From positions 124,001 to 188,000 of the forward strand of contig JALDZX010000028.1 of assembly GCA_022813865.1 (NCBI GenBank): 64,000 nucleotides of DNA, read 5' to 3'. How positions within the stretch are numbered: position 1 is the first letter of the stretch; each line of letters opens with the position of its first letter. Made by a program: the position numbers and the translations under genes. This DNA is from Xylographa opegraphella (taxonomy: Eukaryota). The notes below the pieces were generated by a model, which was not told the origin of the DNA, searched no databases, and saw nothing but the letters and a program-made list of their open reading frames with translations. Positions 27,917 to 40,912 of the stretch are shown in pieces.

Positions 27917-29411
27917 GTCTCAAGCCGGCACGGCCGCCCACCCGGACTGGCACAGTGGCCAGCTTTACCCGCTGATATCAGACACACTTGTAAGCAGATT
28001 TCGCATTCCTCAGATTCCCATCAAGCAAATCGATTTGGCATTGGGCAGATACACTAATTCAGAAAGTATATTGCAGACTCATAACGCAGGTTTCGAGAGA
28101 CAGGAGAGTCCGCGAACGAGATAACGAAGGTGTGAGCAGACTAACTACCTATCCAGCTTAGCCTCATGTCGATCCTGACCAACCACTGTCCACAGCCAAT
28201 GCTTTGTGGGACGCTCGGCTTTCGGGGGCGAGGCTGAGGCAAACGATCTCGCAGCCTCTATGTTGTGGTTCAAACATCTACCACCATCCGTGATTTAGTG
28301 AGCATTGCACTGGAATGAGATCCGGGCTTGTGCTTCGGCCGGATTTAAAAAGCTTGAGCCTCGTTCCATGGAAGTCGTTGCCGACTTTTGATTAATATAC
28401 ACGGACCGCATGCGTGGGGCACCGCTTCTGCGGAGGCTTGGAACTCCTTGGACGGAACATGTACATTGTCTCGCCTATAATGACAAGTTTGAATTTTGAG
28501 GTTTTCTTGCGATCCCCAGTCGTAGCTCGTTATACCAGTCGAAGCTGTTTCATATGAGTACCAATGTCTGCACGACGAAATCATGGGTCAACGAGGTCTT
28601 GCCAGCGCTGTGTTTCTTGCAATAATCCATAATGTACCTCGCGATCGCCGACGAAAGGGAGGACGATGTGGTGAAGTTCCTGTTGCAAGCATAATGTAAG
28701 TACTAAAATGCCAATTGGATGAGAAGTCTTTGGAGTAGGTCATGATTGCAGTCTATATTTCCATGGTGGATTTTCTGCGCAACATGCAGAGAGTGTAGCA
28801 TTCTGGAACTAGTTATCTGGCAAGGTTCCGCTGCTATCTTCGCAGACTTAATCTCAACCGATACTTTACGACAGTCTGCCACGAGCACCATCCGCGGAGC
28901 CTATACTTCAGAGCGATGGCCTGTCTTAGGTCCCACATCCCGGTGTAATGAATAGCAGCGAGTTGCTTCTTCTTCGTTTTGTTGACTTCGCTCTTGCAAG
29001 CTCGCGTGCATATACCCTTGGCGTCCACGTGGCCTTAGCAACACTGGAAGGTAGTGGTGCGATATGAATACCAGTTACGTAGCGCTCGTCGGCAACCTCC
29101 TCCGAAACCTCGATAGTGAAATGACCACCATGATGAGATTCAGCTTTGACAACATTTTCCATGCGAAAATTTTAAGCACTTCTGGCATGCAGAGTGATGC
29201 AGCGGGCTTTTTGGGACCCAGGCTGTAGGTGCCAGTGCAACGCAACAGCAAGCTACAGCCCGCATGTGAGTATGAAGGAGGCTAGTGTGTATGAACAGCT
29301 CCATGATTACACAATAGATGTAATGAATGTGCGAATGAAAGTTGCAAGTAGATGGCTTAGTTGAAGGATAGATGTATCAGTTTCGGTTGTCTGTTCTCTA
29401 CGTACTCCGGA

Positions 29412-29454
29412 CAAGGTGCAAGGTGCAAGGTGCAAGGTGCAAGGTGCAAGGTGC
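29412..29454 (+). repeat. Heptamer microsatellite (CAAGGTG) x6
   Basis: Read directly from the sequence. Confidence 0.9.
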
Positions 29455-30014
29455 ACGTGCCAAAAGGCAAAGTGTACACAAAACAGATCGCACGAGAATA
29501 CCAGAAATCACGGTGGTTCCGGAAACGGTGACCTAGAGAACAAGTTAACGTACACAAATAGGGCAATACTCACCGGTATACGGAGTATACTGGTGGAATA
29601 ATTCCTATTATGGACCCTTGCTGGGAGGAAAGGCGGTTCAGAGGAAAGTCGTCCCGGAGTTCAGCCGAGTTTACCAACCCCGCGGCCAAGAGAACCACGT
29701 ATACTTTAGAAGGGCTTCAGGGAGTCGCCATCTAAACTTAAGGGACCTCCAGGGCTTCACCCTCTGTGACGACCCACCATTTATAGAGCTTTCCCGCTGC
29801 CCCTCGACCGAGCATTACTAAGCCTACCTACTTAATTTTATCTCCCGGTCACCGTGTGCTTGTATATACGTCACAGGAAATTTAAATGGATTGATAATCA
29901 CCGCCATACAACCAACAATTGTTTCGGAACTCCAGTCAACTCGTGCCGGATGGAAACGCGGATCTCTTCTCGATCACGGCGATAGAAGAGACGGATTAGA
30001 CTTCAGACCACAGG

Positions 30015-33000
30015 ATGCAAGACGCCGACGATCGGCAGGTCATCCTGCAGCGCCCAGATCTTTTCCAGCCCGACTACTTGCGGGCGACGCGCACAGGGGA
30101 GGCAACGCAACCACTGTGCGGCAATCTAGAAGGATGGGGTCCTCTGAGTCGACTTCGCTACGACTTCACGCCATGTTTCCTTGACGTTTGGATATCCAGT
30201 GTGGCTGTCTTTGGCGTCGTCGCCGGGGTTGGGGCGATATGGTATCTCCTGAAGAGACGGACACCGGCCGAGGTTGGAAAGAATTGGCATTTCTATACCA
30301 AGCTGACCATCATTGCGGCACTCATCATAACCACGGCTCTCCAAGCTTGTCTTCAGATAGAAGCCTTGCCTGGGATCTGGTTTGGTGATTTCAGGTTTTG
30401 GACCTCCATAATCAGCATAGTCTCTCTAGCTGCCATTGGAACCATACAATACCTTGAACACTGGCGAAGCCGACAACCGAATGGGGTGGTTCTGTTCTAC
30501 TGGCTCTTCTTCCTCATCGCATATGCCGTCAAGCTGAGATCGCTGGTGGCACAAGAAGCCTTTACTACTCGTTTACCGTACTTCATAACATTCTGTGTCA
30601 GTCTTGGTCTCGCTCTCTTGGAATCGATTCTTGAGTATTTCGTCCCGAAGAAGCAGTCTGTGTACGAGGCACTTGGTGACGAGGACGAGTGTCCGATTGA
30701 GTATGCGGACGTCTTCAGTGTTCTTACATTTGGCTGGATGACACCGATGATGAAATATGGATATCGCGAATTCCTTACCCAAGACGACCTTTGGAATCTT
30801 AGGAGAAGGGATACAACCAAGGTGACAGGGAGCGTGATGAGCGAGTCATGGGCGATCGAACTTGACAAGAAGAATCCATCCCTATGGCTGGCTATGTTTC
30901 GAGGTTTTGGAGGTCCATACTTTCGAGGTGCTGTATTCAAGACTATGAGTGACGTGCTGGCTTTCGCGCAGCCTCAACTGCTACGACTGCTGATAACTTG
31001 GGTTGACTCATATCGCCGGCCGAATCCGCAACCACCCATTCGAGGTGTAGCCATCGCCGCAGCCATGTTCGGGGTCTCTGTTGCTCAGACCGTGTGTCTA
31101 CATCAGCACTTCCAAAGAGCTTTCGAGACCGGCATGCGGATTCGATCATCGCTAACTGCTATGATATATGCGAAATCCCTCAAGCTTTCCAATGAAGGCA
31201 AAGCTAGTAAATCTACGGGCGATATAGTCAACTACATGGCTGTAGACACACAGCGTTTGCAGGATCTGACACAATACGGACAGCAGCTTTGGTCGGCGCC
31301 TCTTCAGATCACGCTTTGCATGCTATCTCTGTATCAGCTAGTTGGATTACCTATGCTTGCTGGGGTCGGTGTCATGATTCTAAGCATACCTCTAAATGGA
31401 GTGATTGCAAGAATTATGAAGAGTCTTCAAAAAGAGCAGATGAAGAACAAGGATTCAAGGACGAGACTAATGACGGAGATCTTGAACAACATGAAAAGCA
31501 TCAAGCTTTACGCATGGGGCCAAGCCTTCATGAAGAAGCTGAACTTCATTCGTAATGACCAAGAACTCAACACGCTCCGGAAAATTGGAGCTGCACAATC
31601 CGTCGCTAACTTTACTTGGTCATGTACACCAATAGCCGTTGTAAGTTGGCATACTTCTCCATGAAAACTTCGGAATACACTAAGACTAATTATAGTCTAC
31701 GTCAACGTTCACAATATTTGTCCTTACGAGTAACCAGCCACTCAGCACGGAACTGGTTTTTCCATGTCTCACCCTCCTCGTAAGTGGTAACCGAACTTGC
31801 TTGGTGGCTTAGGGTTGTAAAACTGACCGTCATGTCCTATTGTAGAACCTGTTGAGCTTTCCGCTAGCGGTCCTTCCTATGGTGATCACCTCAATCATCG
31901 AAGCCACTGTTGCAGTTGGACGTCTTACCAGCTTCCTTGCAGCCGAGGAACTTCAGGATGATGCAGTCCTCCGTAAGCCTCCTGCTACGAACGTTGGCGA
32001 TGAAGCGCTTCGCATTCGTGATGCAACTTTTACTTGGGACAGAAACGACAGTGAGGGTCGCCGGTGTTTAGAGGACATCAACTACACTGCACGCAAGGGA
32101 GAATTGAGCTGTGTTGTAGGGCGTGTTGGCGCTGGCAAAACCTCCCTGTTGGAGGCGATCCTCGGTGATTTATGGAAGATCCATGGAGAAGTTGTGATCC
32201 ATGGTGCCATTGCCTATGTGGCACAACAATCGTGGGTCATGAACGCCACTGTCAAAGAAAATATTGTCTTCGGCCACCGATGGGATCCTCATTTCTACGA
32301 ACGAACTATTCATGCATGTGCATTAACGGAAGACTTTAAAACACTACCAGATGGAGATCAGACAGAAGTTGGCGAGAGAGGAATATCTTTATCCGGAGGT
32401 CAAAAAGCACGGCTTACACTTGCTCGGGCGGTTTACGCGAGAGCCGATGTTTACCTCTTTGATGATTGCTTGTCTGCCGTGGATCAACATGTTGGCAGAC
32501 ATCTTATCGACAACGTCTTCGGATCCAAAGGATTGCTGGCCTCCAAAACGAGGATCCTCGCGACAAACTCAATTCCTGTGCTCATGGAGTCCGATTACGT
32601 CGCGCTCCTCCGAGAAGGCAGAATATTAGAGCAAGGGACTTATGAGCAGCTCATTGCGATGAGAGGAGAGGTTGCGAATTTGATCAGGACGGCAAACAAC
32701 GAAGAAGAAAGCTCGGCGGCCTCCTCCAGCGTCGAGGAAAGCAAGTCCTCCGGTTCGAGCACCGATGAATCGAAGACCGTCTATGGTACAGATCCGATAT
32801 CGGAAGAGGAAAGTGAACATGAAGTCCAAGCAAGACTTGGAAGTATTGAGCCGATTCATCCTGGCCGAGCTACCGCACGCAAATCGAGCTTTGTGACTTT
32901 GCGACGTGCAAGTACAGCGTCCTTCAAAGGTCCTCACGGGAAACTCATGGACGACGAGATTGGAAACACTAGGTCGAAGCAAAGCAAAGAATTCAGTGAA

Positions 33001-35416
33001 CAGGGGCAAGTCAAATTTGACGTCTATCGCGAGTATGCGAAAGCGAGCAATGTGATTGCGGTCTCGATCTATTTAGTCACTCTCATTGGCGCACAGACGG
33101 TGAATGTTGGAGGCAGCCTCTGGTTGAAGCACTGGGCCGAAGTGAATTCGGAATACGGAGGGAACCCTGACGCCGGGAAGTACGTCGGTATATACTTCGC
33201 CTTTGGTGTGGGAGGCGCCCTGCTTACGGTGGTACAAACGCTAATCCTGTGGATTTTCTGTTCGATTGAGGTATGGTTGTCCTCAACGGTGTGGTTCCAC
33301 CCCCTCATAGTAGAGTAGAGCTAATCATGCATGTACTGCAGGCATCCCGCAAACTTCACGAACGAATGGCGTATGCAATCTTCCGATCTCCAATGAGCTT
33401 TTTCGAAACCACCCCTACCGGCAGGATATTGAATAGGTAGGGATGGATATCCTCTTCATTTGACGATGCAGGTCTAATATAAACCAAGATTTTCCTCTGA
33501 TATATACCGGGTCGATGAAGTTCTTGCAAGGACATTTAATATGGTATTACGGCGATCGTCCCTGGGATAAACACATTCTGATCGCTTCTCTAGTTATTCG
33601 TGAACACGGCGAAAGCCGTCTACACGCTGGCACTGATCTGTGCCTCGACGCCAATCTTCGTCATCTTGATCCTCCCCCTGGGTGCAATCTATCTCTACAT
33701 TCAACGCTACTATCTGCGGACCTCGCGCGAGCTCAAACGGCTGGACAGCATCTCCAAGAGTCCCATCTACGCCCATTTTCAGGAATCCCTCGGAGGCATC
33801 ACGACGATTCGCGCTTACCGACAGCAGCAGCGCTTCGCGTTGGAAAACGAATGGCGGGTGGACGCGAATCTGAGGGCTTACTTCACCTCCATCAATGCCA
33901 ATCGATGGCTCGCAGTGCGCCTGGAATTCATTGGGTCCTTCATCATCCTGGCGGCGGCGGGATTCGCGATTGTCGCTGTCACTTCGGGCAGTGGACCGTC
34001 TGCGGGCATGGTGGGGCTGGCCATGTCATATGCCCTGCAGATCACCCAGAGTTTAAATTGGATTGTGCGCCAGACGGTGGAAGTGGAGACGTACGAAGGA
34101 AGTCCGGCAGCCTTTGCATGACAGTTGCTAATTATGGCGGCAGAAACATTGTGAGCGTGGAACGCTGCTTGGAGTATGCTCGGCTCCCCAGCGAAGCGCC
34201 GGAAGTACTCTCGAAGCATCGACCCAGGATCGGATGGCCGTCGCAGGGGGCGGTCGAGTTCAAGGATTACAGCACTCGCTATCGAGCCGGGTTGAATCTG
34301 GTGCTCAAGAACGTCAACCTGGACATCAAAGCTCACGAGAAAATCGGCGTCGTCGGCCGCACGGGAGCGGGCAAGTCGTCCTTGACGCTGGCATTGTTCC
34401 GCATCATCGAGCCGTCGTCGGGCCACATCGCGATCGACGATCTCAACACGTCGTCGGTGGGGTTGCTGGACGTGCGACGACGACTCGCCATCATCCCTCA
34501 GGATGCAGCGCTCTTCGAAGGCAGCGTCAGAGACAATCTGGATCCGGCTCACGTCCGTGATGACACGGAGCTGTGGAGCGTGCTAGGTTAGTCCCGGCTC
34601 CTTCCCGACGGGGCGTTCCACGACTCGAATGGCTAACCCGCATAGCGCATGCACGACTCAAGGAGCACGTCTCCAGCATGCCCGGACGACTCGAGGCCCA
34701 AATCCACGAAGGAGGTAGATGCATCCCTGTTCCCCATCTCCTATCTTGGTTCCCTATTCCCTATTCCCTATTCCCTATTCCCTATTCCCTATTCCCTATT
34801 CCCTATTCCCTATTCCCTATTCCCTATTCCCTATTCCCTATTCCCTATTCCCTATTCCCTATTCCCTATTCCCTATTCCCTATTCCCTATTCCCTATTCC
34901 CTATTCCCATCACCCCTCACTCCCGCATACTCTGACCTTACCCTGCCTTGCATCGTTGTCGCAGCCGTGGTGGGGTAAATATAGACTAACCGGGTTCCAC
35001 CCAGGATCCAACCTCAGCCAAGGCCAGCGGCAATTGGTCTCGCTTGCGCGGGCCCTCCTCACGCCCACCAACATCCTGGTGCTCGATGAAGCTACTGTAC
35101 GTCAGGCGGAAGAAATTCCTGACACATCCGATGACCTCGTGTCGAGATGCGCGGCTGACCTAGATTGCCCCAGGCTGCGGTCGACATCGAAACGGACGCC
35201 ATGTTACAGACGACGCTGCGGAGCAGTGTGTTCAAGGACCGCACCATCATCACCATCGCCCATCGCATCAACACCATCCTCGATTCCGATCGCATCGTCG
35301 TCTTGGACCACGGAACCGTGGCCGAGTTCGACAGCCCGGCGACGCTCGTCCGACGGAAGGGACTCTTCTACGAGCTGGTGAAGGAGGCCGGACTGCTGGA
35401 AGGCTTCGAGGTATAG
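30015..35416 (+). CDS. YCF1: ABCC/MRP vacuolar transporter, Ycf1-like, multi-exon
   Basis: TMD0 (GWGPLS...DFTPCFLD), NBD1 GRVGAGKTS and LSGGQKAR, R-domain [12 protein letters not shown]2 [29 protein letters not shown] and IAHRINTI. Confidence 0.95.
34750..34908 (+). repeat. Perfect heptamer array (TTCCCTA) about x22 inside a YCF1 intron (34715-35004)
   Basis: Read directly; the minus strand reads (TAGGGAA)n. Confidence 0.95.
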
Positions 35417-37755
35417 GGGAGGGGCAGGCGGGGAGCGGCGGGAGGAGCGCTGGACGGCATGGCGTCATTGGCTGCATGCGGAGCGTTGTTGGCGGTTGCC
35501 TGCAGCAGCGTCTACGAACATGGTGGAGCCGTGTGGATGCGGTGCTCGGGGAATTGGGTGACTTGAGAGTGAGTGCGGGTGTCCAGTGTCAATAGATGGA
35601 TTGCTTCCTGGCGAGGAGGTGGGTGTGCACTGGGGGCCACCGCTCCGACCTGGTTTTGGGACCGAGGCACTAACACTCCCCAAGCCAGCGGGCCGGCATG
35701 TAATGTCGATAGAAGTAGATGCAGACGAAAGGACATCGAGATTGATCTGAACGATTTCCCAGCATCGGATGCGTTTGACTTGTCGGAGATGTCTGGCATG
35801 CTGCAGCTACCCGAGGCCCCCTCCCAGCATGCACCGACCAGCAAGCATCCAGTCGGCGGGCGGACGGCGAGAGAGCGAATCACGGTGGGCAAGGGGGTGA
35901 GGCATGCTGGCGTGCCTCGCCCTCCCGCACACACGACTGGGATAGTGCTCTCTCGCTCGATATTGCAGCCATTACACGTCCGGCATCGATCCAGAGTACT
36001 CTAGAGGGCGCCTCGGATCCAACAGTGGGAGGGCATCATGGAGGGGTGTGTGGTTGCTCTCCGTGGTAGCTCGAGTACGTATCTGCCTGCCTATCTAGCC
36101 TCATCGTACTCGTCGTCGCTGGCCGATGCAAGCTTTCTTTCTCCGCGGGCCCGGCACTGACGTGCTTGCGCAGGGTGGACGGCAGATGCAGCGGGTGCGG
36201 TCGTGCCCTGACTGCCTCGTTCACACGCGGGCCACACCTCCTCATGATGATTGTCAGCATTCTCAGGATTCAGCTAAGGTATACCATACCTTATGCCTCT
36301 CCTGTCCTGCCATACCGAGAGTTTGAGTGGGTGTTGATGCAACCCATGGTTGGCGCCCTTCGCGCCGGCTGCACCAGTGCCAAAGTGGCATAGCTGGATC
36401 AGAACCAATCGGCGGCTTGTGACACCTCCCAGCCACGCTACGGCAGCTCGCTTAGACCCTAGCATCCCGCTCTTCTCTTCTCTTCCTCTCACTCGTCTCC
36501 TCCCAAATGAATGGCCCGCACTTTCATCGCCAACTCGTCACGGCGGGAGACGATCTCGAGCTGCCTTCGATCCTCCGCCGGCCCACTTCACGTTACACCG
36601 CAGTCGCCGGCCTCCCCCCCAACCATGTCCGTCCGGCCATCCTGTGCCACTGCTGCGCGCTTGCACGGATGCGGCTGTAGTGCAACGCCGCAGCAGCTAA
36701 GGACCACTCCCCCCCTCCTCCCCAGTCAACTTCCGCCGTGGACCTGGATTTCAATGTCAGTCCAGCACGCCACCCAATTCTCCAGAACGAGCACGGAAAA
36801 GACTTCTGCCCATCTGCTACTGCCGGCAATTTCACCCTGGTCAGCCAGATCGATACTGGCACACTCGACGCAGGCTCCAGGAAGCTCGACTGCTGTCCGA
36901 GGAACGGTTGGCCCGGATGCCACAAGCCGTTTCCGCCCTCTACCCTTCCGCCCTTGAATACAGTTGGACTGCCATGCTTCTCACGGAGCACTAGAAGGCT
37001 CTGGTACCGACCGGTTCATTTCATGCCATATTATGCTTTCAGATATAACACTTTGCCTGGATGCTGACCCTTCCAACTCCCTTTCCATCCGCTGCCCTTC
37101 AGATCTCATCGTCGCCTACCGCCGTTAGCGCCGCCCGGTGCTCTGACAGCGTGGAAACTTTATTCTGATCCGGTGCCTGTCCCTCGAGGCTCGAGCTGTC
37201 GACCAGCTGCTGCCTCCTTTCGCCTCACAATGTCAGTCTTTCCGTACTTTCCTTATCGCTGTTGTCGTTCCGCTCTGTATTCAGTAACCCGGCTCTACTT
37301 TCTTGGGGGCATGTTTCGAGGGAGGCAAGGCTCTCAGCCATTGTATCCCGCGCTATCGTGCCTTCCGAATATCTCCCGTTGCAGTACAAGCTTGCGGAGT
37401 GGAGCACATGTCAGATGGAGCCGATAAGTCTATTGTCCGTCTAGTCTACACTACGACGATGGAAAATGCCAGTCCTTTGCAGCACATTACGTGCTTCACA
37501 CTGTTCGGAGCAAGCAAGCTTATTGGAATGCTTTCATGATTGTCGTTCTTGTTTACGACAGCTAAAAGCCTTAGTGTCCGTCGCTAATCGAAGATAAGCT
37601 TCAGAGTTCGGCACCAATCTCCACCGCTGCAGGATTTGGTGCAACTTCTCGACCAGAAGCTAGTGTGATTGGTAAGGTACGCTACAAGCTGGTCCAGGCA
37701 TTTCCGAGTGTTTGCTGATCCGGCATTTAGCCTCACACAGGAGCTGATAACGGTC

Positions 37756-39991
37756 ATGGTTCAGGGCTTTGTAGAGCAAGATGGGAAGCATGCAGGATCA
37801 AGACCTCAAAACCCCTGGGAACTCCCCGAGACTGCTAGTAAAGTGACCTGGGACAACTCCTTTACGGGCCCGAGTCGGCAGACAGTTCAAAGTCGGTCAC
37901 CTGTAGTACGCGCCTCGTTTTGCTTTGTTGAACTTTACAACCACCATAGCCTCTTGCTTACCACTCGCAGTCTATTGCCAAGGCACTCCGCGAACTATGC
38001 GGGAACTACATATCAAGGTTTGCCATAATTTATGCCGACAATAGTGGAAAACTAGACTGTGAAGTGTCTCGATCCCTCGAACATCGGTTAGGGGACATAT
38101 TTCCACGAGACTTTTGCGAAACTTTTGCGAAAGTTCTAGAAGAGGAGCATGATTCTCAGCGTGCTGACATTCCTGCAACTGGTAAGTTTACTTCTCCATT
38201 TTCATCAGCATGGATAAATCGAGTGAGGTTCATGACTATTTTTCTAAAATTTAAAATTCAAGGCCATCAAACGGTTCAACGGAACGTCACAGCTATCAAG
38301 GAGCGTCGCCGTCACAGTGATGCTCTTTCGATACGACATGGCCAGCTGGGACGAGCGGCGAGACAAAGACGGTCGTCAAGATTGGACTTGTCCCCCATCA
38401 AGAGACGAACGACCATACCAAGAATCCTGCCTTTCAAACCATCTTCTTCATGCACAACTTCCGCCGATGAGGACGACGAAGCTTCAGAGACCGATGCATT
38501 CGAGGGCGCAGGCGTCGCATTGGTTTCAATTCGTATCTCCGATACCGAGGCACTGGAAAAGTTCTATCGCACGCGCTTCATCCAAATGCAACAAATTCCT
38601 TGCAAGGTCATAAACAAGGCTTGGATCAAGGTTGTGCAACCGAAGAAGCAAGCTCGGCATCCCTATAATGGCGGGAAAAAGGCGGCGGCAGCAGGGGACC
38701 CAGGAAACGGTGACCTGACAAGGCCAGATTGGTGGCCACGGGAAGGATGCCGCCACAAGGAACCTGATCATATTCAGAAGGAGGGTAAGATCTTCTGCCT
38801 ACAACTAGCAGTACCGCACGACTCACATAATTTAGAGCGTCTCATCCTTTTGTTGCATATTCTTCGCAATCTTCGTGACTACAAAGGTGGCGATGGTAAT
38901 AGTATCACGGTGGAACAGCTGCAACAAAGTACAAAAGAATGTTTTGTGAATATGCCCAGATTCAAAAGTGCTGGAGACTATCTGAACGAAATTTACCATA
39001 TTCGACAACAGGAAGAACGCTTCTTCCGTGGTGAGATCGGTATGTGGCATAGGTCGATCAGTGTGAGATCACGATTCGTACTAACAGTCTAGATGACATA
39101 ACCACCGTCGCTGTATTTATGCCGGACAAGGAACCCAAAGAAGCGGCAAAAAAAGCCAAAGTCAAGGCTGTCAGTGCAGTCAAAGCAAAGCGACATGGTT
39201 ATGCTGTTCGCGAACCTCCGATATCCATGATAAGGGCCTTCGCGAGCCATGCGATGAGCCCCGTCGCGTTGCCGTCACCAATCGAGCGACCAGCTGCACC
39301 GCAGCCGAAACTGGAAGCTCTCCACAATTTCAATCGCTTGGGACTATACGCAGATAGAGCTCCGGATAACACGCAAGACGTCTCTCGCTTTTCATCCTCC
39401 CTCCACAATTACTCGGCCGCTCCTACAGCACAGATATCCTTTCCATTGACCGAGGTCGAGAGTATGCCTCAGCGAAGTTTTGGGGCTCAGGAACAGCTCC
39501 AGTCTTCATATCCTATGACGTACGGCCCTGAAGCGGTCCAGAATACGAGCTTTACACCAATGTCTTTGCCCGAAGATGCTTGCGCAGTGTCCGTCCTCGA
39601 GTTGCTGAAACAGTTACCGGTTCAGCATGGGATAGCCAATCAGACTCCGATGCAGGATATCGCATATACCACGCCGACCTTTGCGCAGTCAGAACGAGAT
39701 CCTGCTGGATGGTATTCTAGTTCAGCTCTCGCAAGGCAGCAGCATGATCGGATGCATGCGTCAGCGCCTTACACGCCATCGGTGAGATCCACCCAGAACC
39801 TCGGCTTGTCTGTCTCCAACCAAATGGCACCACACATCACAGGGATGCCGTATAATCCTGAGTCTGGATACGCTCCCACCCAGACACAGTACAACTCATA
39901 TAACGGCGGTACATCCGCTACCACGTATCATGGTTTGCCAGGTTACGATGACACGGACATGAATGTTGCGACCTATTACAATCTTCGTTGA
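37756..39991 (+). CDS. DUF2841 (YDR124W-like) protein, multi-exon
   Basis: FIQMQQIPCKVINKAWIKVVQPKKQARHPYNGG, PDWWP and CRHKEPDHI motifs. The start is inferred from an intron at about 37906-37970. Confidence 0.8.
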
Positions 39992-40912
39992 TAATCCACA
40001 ACGTCTGAACCCAATCAAGGAACAGCACATTACGAATTTTTTTTTTCACAATTTCACCTTTTCTCTTCCGCATCCTAGCATCCGAAGCAAGCGAGCGAGT
40101 CTTCACGATTCATTGCCTTCCTGGTGCTGCAATTAGAGCGTTCACGAATTTTCACCCACTTCTTTACAGCACGATCGCAGATACCAGAACCTGATCGAAG
40201 TTGGTCTTACTTTGACGGCACTTGCACGACATCGCAGCTTGTATTCCAAAAAGTCTGTTTGGGACATTGCTACAGCGTGTGGTATCGAGGGGATATGGAG
40301 GATTCGGGATTCCTAGGTAGTCAATTAAAGGAAGAGAATGGGTAGTACTTTTGACGGATCCGAAATGCGAGATCGAATTGCGGTTTGCCCTCTAGAATTT
40401 GTCGAAGGTAGTTTAGATATTCACGCCATCTCTTACAGATGCTTTCACTCCTTGCCGGAAGCGGCTTAATCTGAGACATGAGAAGCTCTCAACGATGTAT
40501 GTTCAAAGTCCATTTGATGACAATGATTGACGGGTAGCAAAGTATGGTTCAGTAAAAAGCTTCTGTATGCTGCCGAGGTGGCAATGGCCACAGCCAAGAA
40601 TATCGAGTGAACACGGCCATTTCGGTGACCTTATTGTTGTCCTGTCGTCCTGTCAGCCCTACTCTGCAATGCTTAAAACCCTTGGTCCGCGCTAGTGATT
40701 TGCGCCGAGCTAAATCTTTAACTGGCTGTCGGTCCGGTTGCCATGATTCTGATGAGCTTCAGTCATCTAACAAAGCCACCACCATTTTCACCAGGTTCTG
40801 CAAGCGATCAACTTGTGCATGCTTCTTGCCCTACCACAGGAAGGCTCACGTATATCGATATACTGGATGCGCTCGAACGTCGAAGGCCCGGTCCTCAAGG
40901 GTTGTCGACAGG

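Noticed and set aside
34573..35381. ORFs with PIPYSLF repeats
   Set aside because: Translation of the intronic heptamer array; YCF1 splices around it (34715-35004).
35420..37700. Many short overlapping ORFs upstream of the DUF2841 gene
   Set aside because: GC-rich intergenic or 5' UTR sequence with no domain similarity or coherent exon structure.
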